64,000 nt of DNA from Tubiluchus corallicola (Eukaryota > Animalia > Priapulida): positions 62,001 through 126,000 of the forward strand of contig JAQGDQ010000427.1 of the NCBI GenBank assembly GCA_030141605.1. Direction: 5' to 3'. The notes beneath the pieces are model-generated. The model made no database searches and was not told the origin of the DNA. It saw only the letters and a list, made by a program, of their open reading frames with translations. Made by a program: the position numbers and the translations under genes. Below, in pieces: positions 50,661 to 61,739 of this stretch; position 1 is the stretch's first letter, and each line of letters opens with the position of its first letter.

Positions 50661-52129
50661 TTGAAGTGCTTGAATTACAGAGATTACTAGGTTACGTATA
50701 GAACAATACTTCGAACGCGTGATGTTCAAGGTGCCATGTTGTTCGGTAAAAGCAGCTGTTGGCAAGTTGCCAACATGTATTTTTAATGGCGTTTCGCGTC
50801 TATTTTTAAGTATATTTTTTCCGTTAACACAAATTAAATGTAACCTTTTTGTTTTTTTCTGATTGCAGTAATTGAGGCTTTCTAGTACCCATCAAAATAT
50901 CAGTTATTCTATATAATTAGGTCTGTATTTAATAATGTTATAGGAGCCATTTCTAGTGAAATTATTTTACAATGTTACTCAAATTCGTTGTCTGGCTCCC
51001 GCTTTAGTATAGTTAATTAATTAATTACTAACCAACATTTTAATTTACATTACTGATGTAACTAGCCTGTTAAAATAAATAAATCTAAATCTAATCTAAA
51101 AATACTTTTAATGCTCAACATTACAGGGCACGATGGTTGAATTTAGCAACTTGCATATTCACCCAGAAAAAATTATTATCGGGAAAACCTACATTTAAAA
51201 ACCCTTTCTAGGGGTTTTCTTCAAGGAAAACCTTTTAAAAAACCCTACAAGTAATTTTTTCTCAAAGTAACTTGTTCAGAAGATTTTTCTGCAGCGATTG
51301 AATCAACCCAAAATTGTTGAATTTTGAAGCCAAATTTGCTCCAAAATAAGAAATGTATATGAAAAATTTGGAACGCACCCTAAATTTGAACCGGGGATAT
51401 CTTGAAAGCGAAACGTAATCTCCCGAATTTTTCATATTTTCTGTAAAAAGACCTTGTTGTTGCTTTTTTGGAGGATTTGAAAGCAGCAGCTTGTCCAACA
51501 GCATGGTGCCCATTGCTCCACTAGCCACAAATCTCTCTCTGAGGGCGCACTATCTAAATCTGTGATTGTAAGCAACATCAATTAATTGAGTATTGCGAGT
51601 CACTAATACAGAATCAGTTCCATTCGCCACAAGCATGCCATTGTGACCATCATTGTTAAGGACAACGATGACGACAGTCGACTGGTCTTTTGCGGAAATC
51701 CTGACCTACATCACAGCTAGGGATTAAACAGGTTCAGTGCTTAATGCTCACGGCTGTTGAACTTAGCAAGCATCACGATCTTCGACCTACCCTTGGCGAA
51801 AATGAATGCGTCCACTGGCAGGGAAGGATGAGTAATTTTGATACTTATTCTAGAAAAGAACCGATGATCATCAGTTTAATAAACTATTGATTGAAGATGT
51901 GCATATTAAAGGGTTTTCATTCCTGAGTAACACAAACTCTAGCTGCTTCATAAAAACTTTGTGAGTTCCTGTGTTCGTTAACTCTCAATATCACTGAGGG
52001 ATGCAATGAGGCAAACATACCAAGGGACGCCAAACAAACTAACTAATCTCTTATTTTGCAAAGTACAAGACCTTTTATGCATGTGCGCTTGATTATTTGA
52101 AACCATTCCCAAAGAAGAATTACTATAAT

Positions 52130-52790
52130 GAAACGACTGCGTTAGTTAAACAATGGGTAGCATTGGAGGCTGTAAGCAGTGACATGCTACATGTGGTGCA
52201 GCCTGCATCCCAAGGGAGCAGACGGAGCTCTGGCGAGTAGCACCTGATCCTCTGATAATGGAAAAGTTTATGCTAACCAGGAAGGGACAGAACAGGTCCA
52301 ACGAACAAGCTGCTTGATGGTTGGACCCCAGCCCTAATGAAATGGTGAAAAGGGGAAAGTTGGGTCTGGGCTAACCACGCATTCCCATAAAAAGCAAGAT
52401 GTTACAGAAACCAATGACAAGCGAATACCAAAACAATCTGCGCAGCTACTATTGCAGCTGGTGAGAGAAATGGTGAGGACGGCAGGATGACGGTGTTGAG
52501 TCAAAGCCTGCTGGAAGCTCAGTGCCTGATCTTGTCGATAGTAACCCCCCAAGACATGTATGAGGCTAGATACATAGAATATAGGGACAAAGTCAGGTTA
52601 GATCTGCTGGGGATTCACAAATGTAGGTGGATTTGAACACGAAAGACGATGCTCGACACGAAACAGGCGTGTACATGTTGGCGAGAAAGACAAACATAGA
52701 GGTGAAGTGGCAATAATGATGACACAAATAGCTCAGAAGAGTCTCACTGAGTAGAAATCAGTACCAAGCCGAATAATTACCACAACGTGT
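52130..52790 (+). mobile_element. RTE-clade LINE, 5' part (5' UTR and decayed AP endonuclease)
   Basis: GGGCTAACCACGCATTCCCATAAAAAG...TGTTACAGAAAC is RTE 5'-UTR-like; LDLLGIHKCRW and VAIMMTQIAQKSLTE*KSVPSRIIT are APE-like. Confidence 0.7.
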
Positions 52791-53009
52791 TACAGGCCCT
52801 CGATGGTAAGGCCAAGCAAGAATACTCAGATTGAATGCGACCAACTCCTTATGAACCCTTTGGAAGAATAAGCATGCAATGACTTTTAGTGTAGCGGATT
52901 AGTTCTCATATTGCAAACAACTGTACATTTTTGAGAAACTTGTGAAATAGGTACTAACACAAGTAGGGGACACCACAACGCTTCATTTCAGGTGTGGAGG
53001 GAAATCAGA

Positions 53010-54830
53010 TTTGACCAATGACAGCGCTTAGAGGTTAAATTCCAAATGGCCGCCAACAAAAATGGCAAAACTCACAAAATCCTGGTAATTTTGCCAGTAT
53101 TAAACGTATAACTGCAACTAAAGCATCTAAATTTGCTAGAATTTAATTTGGAATCTATCAAAATACACCCCGAAATAAAATTTAAAATCATTTTCGACAG
53201 AAATCCAAGATGGAGACTACGAATCCGATTCTTAAATAACGAATTATGGAAATGCTAACAGTGCCTGTTTTCTCTAAATTACAAATTTATCTGCCTCTGC
53301 TCATCTCGTTCCATGTCTTCCCAGACTGTCTGCCAATACAGACACTGTGTTACACCCAGTAAAAGCACTGGAAGACTGGGTATGTAAAACACTGCATCAG
53401 ATTAAGCGTGGCAGCTATTTCATGACAGGAATGCATCGGTAGCTGGAACCAACTCCTAACACAATCCTCAGCTCATCAGCAGAAGTGCAGAATTTTTCTG
53501 TTTATATACTCTACTAATACAATCAATGTGGCTGATCTCAAACCGGCAGAGGAGAGTAACGGTATGAGGAGGGGAGAGGGAAGTCAGCAACCAGTTCATT
53601 ACAATTTCATTACGTGATTTTGCATGTCTCATTCCACATATGCAAACAAGGAGAGTGTTGAATCAATAGTGCACGAGTCATTTCCTGGCAAGCTTAGATC
53701 TGCACTTATACAATCAACGTCAAAGACATTCCTTCCAATTAACTTCTCCAAGTAAACAGATTATTGCAAAGTCCATTGGTAGTGCAATAAGAATGACGGG
53801 CAGCAGTAGTTGAAAATCTAGAAGCTGTTTTATTCTTTTACACCAGAGCACGTTTGCAGCAGCAGATGTGCGATTTTCACTGTTCTAATACCTTGGTGAC
53901 TATTTGGGAACCTGTTCTGCATTTGAAATTGGGCAGGCCTCTTTGCGAGTACCTCTGCCCACTTTGAATGAAAAAAATTACGCAAAATTAAGTTAAACTC
54001 GGCATCAGTGTCTGGCTGGGTTACTGCACTGAGTGGCTAATCCCAAGAAGTTGCAAACTTTAAAACGTATTTTTGGACTATGAAATTTGACCAAAATGTC
54101 ATATATACAACTCGACCAGCTTGTTGAACATCGACGTCATTACCCTGACTGATACCTCAACGAGACTAGAGGAGACTCGTTTTAGATGCGCAACCTTCCA
54201 GAAAAAAAGGGGAGTAGAGAAAGAAGAATCAGGAGTTTAGCTTTGTCTTCAGAATCAGCAACGTTTGTGACATCCACAGGTATTAACTTCACGTCTCTAC
54301 ATGCGCCATTTACGTTACAAGAAGGCATTCGCGTGGCTTTATCATCTCTGCCAAACTTATTATCTCTGAGAGATGTCGTAGAAAAAGAAGCCAAAGGTAA
54401 CTGCAATACATATATTCCATTGCTCCTTATTCATTAGCCTTTAGAAGAATGTGTACTATTCCTTGCCTCATTTAATTAAACAGCACCTGAATGCACCGTC
54501 AATCTAAGCATCAATTGAACTATCGTGCCATCTTCCCTCAAAGAGACAAAGAGGAAGTTTTGCCACAAACATGGGTTTCAATGCCACTGAAAGCTGGACT
54601 GATCGTCGTCTCGTGGTCGCACTTCTGAAAACACAATCTGTAGGAAATCAACACTTGCATTATGGAAAAAAGCTTGACACCTTGAGATTGAAGAAATTCC
54701 AATTCTTGTAAAAATGCTATCAATGTCCACAAAATGTCGTTTGGTCTTAATCAGCTTTCTTAGATAACTAGGTGAAGAGGCAAATATGCAAGGAACTGAC
54801 CAAACAACCAACTAATTAATGTTTTACCTA
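53010..54830 (-). mobile_element. Heavily decayed AcademX-like DNA transposon remnant nested in the RTE element
   Basis: Minus-strand SAFTGCNTVS at ~53340-53370 matches the HAFTGCDTVS motif of the XPG-like domain; AAATGGCCGCC and AAATCCAAGATGG subterminal-type motifs. Confidence 0.45.
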
Positions 54831-54889
54831 TAAATAAAATAACCAACATTTTCACTACATGTTAATTTGAATATCTTTTCGACATCAGT

Positions 54890-56650
54890 ACTGGAATCGA
54901 GAGCAATGAGGGGAGCTGAATAGATAAGAATGAGATTGAAGTCAAGGAGGATTATACACAAGGATAAGACCTGATGCAAGTTGAATTTAGTGAAATCGGT
55001 ACAAAGGAGAGGTATACAGTGGAGGTAGGGAACAAGTTCCAAGTAATGAAGAGCCTAGATGAAGTAAAGCAGCTGAGCATTAAGATCGAGCAGGTGTATG
55101 CAAACACAGCAGAGTCAGTCCTTAGGAGGACAAGGAGAATAAGCCAGCCATGGATTGGAGGAGAAACGTGAAGGCGAGTAGTGGGAAGGAGAGAGGCCAA
55201 TGAGAAAATCGTGAGCAGGCATGGAGAGGATAAGATAGAGGGTGTGAGCAGAATGGAGAAATACAAGCATGTGAAGATACTAGGAATAATAACAGGAGAT
55301 GGGTGGAGGATATGGCAGAGAAAACAGAGAGTGCAGCAGAAAATGGCAGGATGAAGGAACTGTACAGCATCATGCATGTCCTGGCAGGAGAAAGGGGGCA
55401 GTCGGGGGAGTGAAGGACAAGAATGAAGTACTCAGGACAGAGCAGGAACGGATGGAAGAGATAAGTGGCAGGACAATAACAGACAGAGCGGACACAGGCC
55501 ATGAAAGAAATTGACTGCAAAAGGATAAGCAAATCGAAGGTGATGAAATATAAAAGAACAGGCAAATGAATGCTTCCACATACCTGCAATTCAAAGATTT
55601 TGAGAAGGCATTTAATTCGATACATAGGGAGAGCTTGTGGAAGATTCTTGAGAGGTATGGAGTGCCAATCAAAATGGAAAAGTCAATCAAGCACATGTAT
55701 GGTGGCTTTGAGTGCACGTGATAGATGTGAGGGAAAAATCAGAGTAATTAGCCACAAGGACAGAGGCTAAGCAAGGATATGTGATGTGAAATTTCCTCTT
55801 CATTGTGGCAATTGCTTACGAGGCGAGCAGGGCACAGCAAGATAATGAGAGTAAGGTGGAAGGGCAACAAAGAACTGGATGATTAACATTTTGCAGACGA
55901 TATGGCACTGACCTCATCGCAGTGTGACCACTTATAGACAAAGAGCACAAAGCTGAAGTAAGAAGCTGAGAGAGTTCCACTTAGAATAAATGGCAGGAAA
56001 TGTAAAATGATGAGGTTGAATACAGAGAGCAATGCAAAGGTGAAAGTGGGAGAGGTAGAGGTGCAGGGCATCAAAGAATTTGTATATTTGGTGTCAAATG
56101 CGGGCGAAAGAGCACAAGATATAAAAAGCAGTCTAAGTAAAGCAAGGGCAGCACACAGGAGACTTGGCAAGATCTGGATCATTGAGGCAGAGAACAAAAT
56201 AAAAATATTCTATGTGCTGGTCAGCCTAGTGTTATGTGGAAGCAAGATATGGAAAACGACAAAGACAAAGGAAAGAAACTCTATGTATTCCAGTTTATAT
56301 GTGTGAGAATGATACTAAGGGTTAGATAGCAGATGACAAATCTGAAGGTGGCAAACAAGGCGCAAATGAATGTAGTGAGTGACGAACCCAGGAGGAGATG
56401 GAATTAGATTTGACATGTCCTAAGGCTAGAATGACTGTGAGATATAGTAATGAAATGGACATCAGAAGGAAGACGGGAGTGAGAGGCAGACCGAGAACAA
56501 CATGGAAAAGGACAGCTGAGGCAAATAGGAGTTATGCAGGATGTTGGAGTGAGGTCAAAGCAGCAGCAATGGACAGCAGAAGGGTTGTGGAAGAAGTGCT
56601 GGAGTCTTACGCAGCTCCTGGCTTGAAGAGAACTAAATGCAAAGTCCTAA
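54890..56650 (+). mobile_element. RTE-clade LINE, 3' part (decayed reverse transcriptase)
   Basis: KAFNSIHRESLWKILERYGVP (~55605), LDD*HFADDMAL (~55876-55910), INGRKCKMM, EFVYL, GRPRTTWKRT; many stops and frameshifts. Confidence 0.9.
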
Positions 56651-56734
56651 GTGCCAACAGAAGCATTCAATACTGTTCCAGCAAAAACGTAGCTGTTCTA
56701 CGATTTTGAGACTCAGCAGTAGCGGAATTTTTCT

Positions 56735-57495
56735 GAGAACTGTTCTTCATTTTCCTCTACAACTTCGGATGATTGTTCCTCGCTCTCCTGTACAACTTTG
56801 AAAGTTTTGTTACTTCCTTTCCTCTGCAACTTTGAACGAATGTTCATCGCTTTCCTCTACAACATTGAATGGATGTTCTCTGCCTTCCTCTACAACTTTT
56901 AATGAATGATCTTCGCTTTCCTCTACAACTCTTGATGATTGTTCCTCACTTTCCTCTACAGGTTTGAATGATTATTACTTCCTTTCCTCTGCAACTTTGA
57001 ACGAATGTTCCTCACTTTCCTCTACAATTTTTGAATGAATGATCCTCACTTTCGTCTACAACTCTTGATGAATGTTCTTCACTTTCCTCTACAACTTGAA
57101 TGAATGTTCTCTGCTTTCCTCTCCAATTTGGAATGAATGTTCTCTGCTTTCCTCTATAGCTTGGAATGAATGTTCTCTGCTTTCCTCTACAACTTGGAAT
57201 GAATGTTCTCTGCTTTCCTCTCCAATTTGGAATGAATGTTCTCTGCTTTCCTCTATAGCTTGATTGAATGTTCTCTGCTTTCCTCTACAACTTGGAATGA
57301 ATGTTCTCTGCTTTCCTCTATAACTTGGAATGAATGTTCTCTGCTTTCCTCTATAATTTGATTGAATGTTCTTTGCATTCCTCTGCAACTTCGGATGATT
57401 ATTCCTCGCTTTAATCTACAACTTTGGTTGATTGTCGCCCGCTTTTCTCTACAACTTTGGATTAATGTTTTTCGACTTTCTCTACCTCTACAATG
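56735..57495. repeat. ~33-bp minisatellite with a homogeneous core and degenerate edges
   Basis: CTTTCCTCTACAACTTGGAATGAATGTTCTCTG; 11-aa periodicity WNECSLLSS.. Confidence 0.95.
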
Positions 57496-57669
57496 ATTGC
57501 TCCACTTTCACATCGAGAGGTTTAAAATCCCATGAACAAAAAGAAACTGAGAATCAGTAGGTGCTGCACTCTTACGTCAACACTAATTACCTTTCAGACT
57601 TTTCAGTATAATTCTAAAACGCAGACAGCGTTTATACATAATCTCAAATATGTAGTCATCTTCACTGCG

Positions 57670-57785
57670 ATATCACGAGGGGCAGCCCTTGTGATATAGG
57701 GTGCTTTCGTTATGACACCACAAACACTTTTTTTCTATTAATTTCTGATACGTACTGACACGTTGGTTCACCGAACCTTTCCATA
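57670..57785. repeat. Short hairpin-bearing dispersed repeat; second copy ~63137-63240 inside the BEL integrase region
   Basis: CTTGTGATATAGGG(T/C)GCTTTCGTTATGA...GAACCTTTCCAT in both; hairpin ATATCACGAGGG-GCAG-CCCTTGTGATAT. Confidence 0.8.
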
Positions 57786-60239
57786 TATTAATATTTAGTT
57801 TTTAATATTGCGTTTAATGAGATAATAAGAACTAAAACAATTCACTTTAATCCAAAACAACAACAAAGTTGTTATAATTACAAACGACGCTTCTAGATAA
57901 CCTAAAATAAACAAAAGACTAGTTAGCCCAACCCAGGCGAAGGAGAAGGATGTAAGGTGAGTGTACTTATCAGTTGTAGTGACTGCAGTCGGACAATGCC
58001 GGATTCCAACATTTGACGTTCTCCATCACTCTGGAAGCTGGAATAACATTGCTAAATGGTGCGTGGCTAATGCGAACTTCCAAACTTGAACAGTTACTCT
58101 TCCAAAGCTCAGCAGGGGGTGGAATCTTACGTCGCCACTTCTACAATGCTTGTCAGGTGTACCGGAGTCGCAAGTGGTTACTTCTCCAATCCTAGTGGAG
58201 TGCAGTGGAGTCCTAAAGCTCGTGAAACTACCATTGATACAACGTCTGGTCATCGCCTGGTTGTTTCTGCACCAAATCTCCTGAATTTCCGTTTACAGCA
58301 GTACGTCAAATAACGAATAATAGCCAGTTTATTGGTGTTTTCGCCTCACGGCTCGAAACCCTAACACTTTGGTGTGTCAGTGCACTTTCTGTCGTCACAG
58401 TAATTAAGTCTTAGCTTCGATTGTTAATAAATGTTCGTCGGAAGCCATATACTTGCTTAGCACGTTCGACACACTGTGTTGAACTTGGTCTCAAGTTCTA
58501 GAACTGGATGACCTTGTCTTTTCACAAGACGGTTTATTAGCTAGATAGCTTGTTCAGTTGAGCATATGACCAATCACTTACTTTCTTGTAAATGAGATAT
58601 AGGACAGGTATCAGGTGGGACCCTTCCCAGAGCAGAGCTAACTATATGCATGCTCATATATGTACAGTCACAATTTGCTTCATTGTAGTAGATAAATTCG
58701 CTTAATGGGCAATTAACTAATGACTCATCAATTAACATAAGCAATTAGCTAACTTAAGCTATTAATGCAGCCTAAGTATGGGACATACACAAAAATCACA
58801 CTAGAAATCAGTCAACTGTATTAAAAGGGGTTGCAATGCTGTTCGATAGTTCTTATTTTCCAGAGTGGCGTCACAGACGTTACATTCACCAAAAAAAGTT
58901 AAAGAAAAATTAGAAAAAGTTAAAAGATAAAAAGATATCACAACTATCTCACGATTTCTTTGATTTTCATTGCTGAAAAGTCTCCTGCAAATGTCTGCAA
59001 ACCATCGCAGAGACCACCGTTCCCAAATGTCAGCTCTTGTAATCATCTGCACTAGTGGAGAAAATTTTGAATGACCCATCATGGTGTACTACTTGAAAAA
59101 CAGACCCGTCTCAGAAAAGCACAAAAACATTTTAAATTTAGACCCTGTTTGTTTTCCCTGGGCTAGTTTTTTCTCCTACTGTAGGTTTTGTCTATACGGT
59201 GTAATACTCTCGACATTGTTACATAACGTCACTGGAGCGTCAATGCTCCAGTGGTTATAGAGAGTGGGGCAGCAGTTGAACATTGGGCATTTTGAGAAGC
59301 CACACCTGAAAAGCCATGTTTGCTTAAACGTATTGATATTTCGACATTATACAATTTACTGTCAACTGTGCTGCACAGTGATTGTCAGAATTTTCTATTG
59401 CATAGTTTTTGTTGGTCAATTATGGCCCAAAGGGTTAAAGCAGCTTATTTTTATTTTACCAGCTGAAATCTTTCCAGGTTATGCACTGAATAATCATTTT
59501 CTTCTTTGCATGAGAACAGGTGCTCAAACAAAATACTTGTGCACAAATGCGGTACTTATTTTGGCAAAAGCAAACGTCCCATGTAGGTTACTCTTGCAAC
59601 TGTGTCACTGTAGATCTTTTCATGAGTGCCAAATGCCATCAAGCCCAGGTTGTCATATGTGGCTAATTAATTAAGACGTTACCCACATAAACTGGTTGCT
59701 ACGATTACTGTTTACCTTAGCAACGACTCTGATAACAGGGTTAGATTTGAAAAATAATTTAGGAAAACTTTAGTCCTTAGCACTACAATAACGGACAACA
59801 TATTTTAAGAAGCACATGAAGCAGCAGTTGCTACGGTGATGGTGTAAAGGTTTAGTTAACTTACCAACTGTTTGGTAACAGCTTTAGCAAATATCCTCAA
59901 ATGTGCTTTGCGTGTGCTGGTTTCCATATTATAGATGGTTTCTTGCAGAAAAATTTCTGGAACATGCATTTTGGAAAAAAAATATTGTGGTTATTGTAAG
60001 AACTGCACCGAAAAGAGAAGTTTAACAAGTACCCAACAAATACGTGGAAGTCCCATTTTAACTTGGTGTTATATAATTAAGCTCAACTACATCATGATCT
60101 CATTGCCATCAACATCGTGTACAGCAGGCTGTTTCTAATTTGTTTGTAATAAAAGTTTGTAAGCTTACACAAGTTTGTAGTTTCTAGTTCATGTGAGTAC
60201 ACTTTAAACAATTTTTGAGAAAAGTGCACTTCAGTAGTT

Positions 60240-61500
60240 TGCATGCTCTCACGCAAGATGGCAGCTCTAAGACAGTATCATCCACACATCCATTTGATTG
60301 CTAACTGTCAGTCTTCAAATGTGGTTCACCCATGATCCATGGGGCTTGTTACGGAATGCTGGTTTTGAAGTGAACACCACCAGATTGACAATTGCACAAA
60401 CTGCATGCATGAACAGACAATTATCGCATGGTACAAGCTGGCTAGACTCAATCGCTGCACGTGTTTCAGAGAAAAGCTTGACACGAGAAGTTGACACGAG
60501 AAGTGTGGGTACGGGATACATACATGTGGTTTGTGACGACTTGCAGCTTCTTGAAGGGTTAACTGGAGACAGTCCACGCACAACCATGCTCACAAAGGCA
60601 TGTCTTGTATGACTAGTTGTTTGAACGTGCTCAATTTCCCATGTCTTGCAAATGCAGTAAAGGCATGCGTGCCAATCAATGCACAGGCAATATTCCCGCC
60701 AAGTGACAACATAACTTTGAGATATCGAGAAACTGTATCCTGTTCTGATTTTTGATACAGCAGGCATGGGATGTCCTTACTCAAGCCGAGACAAATTACC
60801 AGAACATCAGTCTCTTGTGATGTGATAACCACTGCTTTGCAGCCTGACAGAGCAGCATGAAGTGCATTCATTAGCATACACGTGTCTGCCTCTTCATGGC
60901 TGCATTTTAATTCTGTTGCCTCCTCCACCTGTGTCCACGGATTCTGAAGCAGTCTTCTTCACAAGTCATGCTTAGTGCCTAGTGTAGTGTGCTGAAATTT
61001 TGCTTTAAGCTTCAGATCTTGCTATTTCTCTGCTAAGAATTTATTTAAGCTGGCCTTGTTTGTAGTGTTGGAGAGCAATTTCTTGCACTGCCGGTTGTTG
61101 TGGCTCGAGCGATGTTCCCGTGCACTAAATCCCCGAGTCTGTGCCTGTGTTTGCTCTTTCTGCGTTTTTGATTAAAATGCATTTATAGACATCAAATACG
61201 ATCATTCTTGTTTCCCTCAAGCACCACTATGGCTAGAATAGAGTATGCTTTGTCAAATGTTTTGTCACTCCCCTTCATTTTCTGCATCAGGCATATGCCA
61301 TCGATGATTTTTTTGATGGATAGTGGATCACTTCTACCGGAGAAACAGTCTTTTCTAGTTCTTTAGCTAGTGCTACTTTATTTGTTTTGCGATGATACCC
61401 ATCGCCAGCAACTAATGCCAATGGCAGTGGACCCAGAGTTTGTGCCAAGACATCACACAGATGTAACTCTCGGCTCTGGGACGCTAAAACCACATGAAAA
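60240..61500 (-). mobile_element. AcademX-like DNA transposon protein remnant (XPG/FEN-like nuclease region)
   Basis: LGPLPLALVAGDGYHRKTNKVALAKELEK; IVFDVYKCILIKNAER; CSHEEADT; VVITSQETDVLV; ALIGTHAFT; IESSQLVPCDNCLFMH; SPMDHG; multiple frameshifts. Confidence 0.75.
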
Positions 61501-61739
61501 ATCAGATTCCTGTTAGGCTTACTGCAGATGCAAACACTTAATTTACAGTTTATTATTAATTTTGATTTGTAGTTTTAAACTTTAATTTTTCATTACCACG
61601 AAGTCAGTGCTGACATCTCTCAGGACACTTTGTAGTTTCAATATATCTATATACTTGCTACGGCTATATGTTTGTATGTAACTGAATTACTTAGCTTCTC
61701 TGTGAAGGTAGTAGTTTTTTCACACTAGGTAGCAAGGTC

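Noticed and set aside
51610-51720. Cadherin/Calx-beta-like peptide HAIVTIIVKDNDD
   Set aside because: Only ~36 codons between stops, with no other domain motifs or convincing splice donor
54952-55717. Long minus-strand ORFs (141, 167 and 115 aa)
   Set aside because: They are antisense shadows of the purine-rich RTE coding strand
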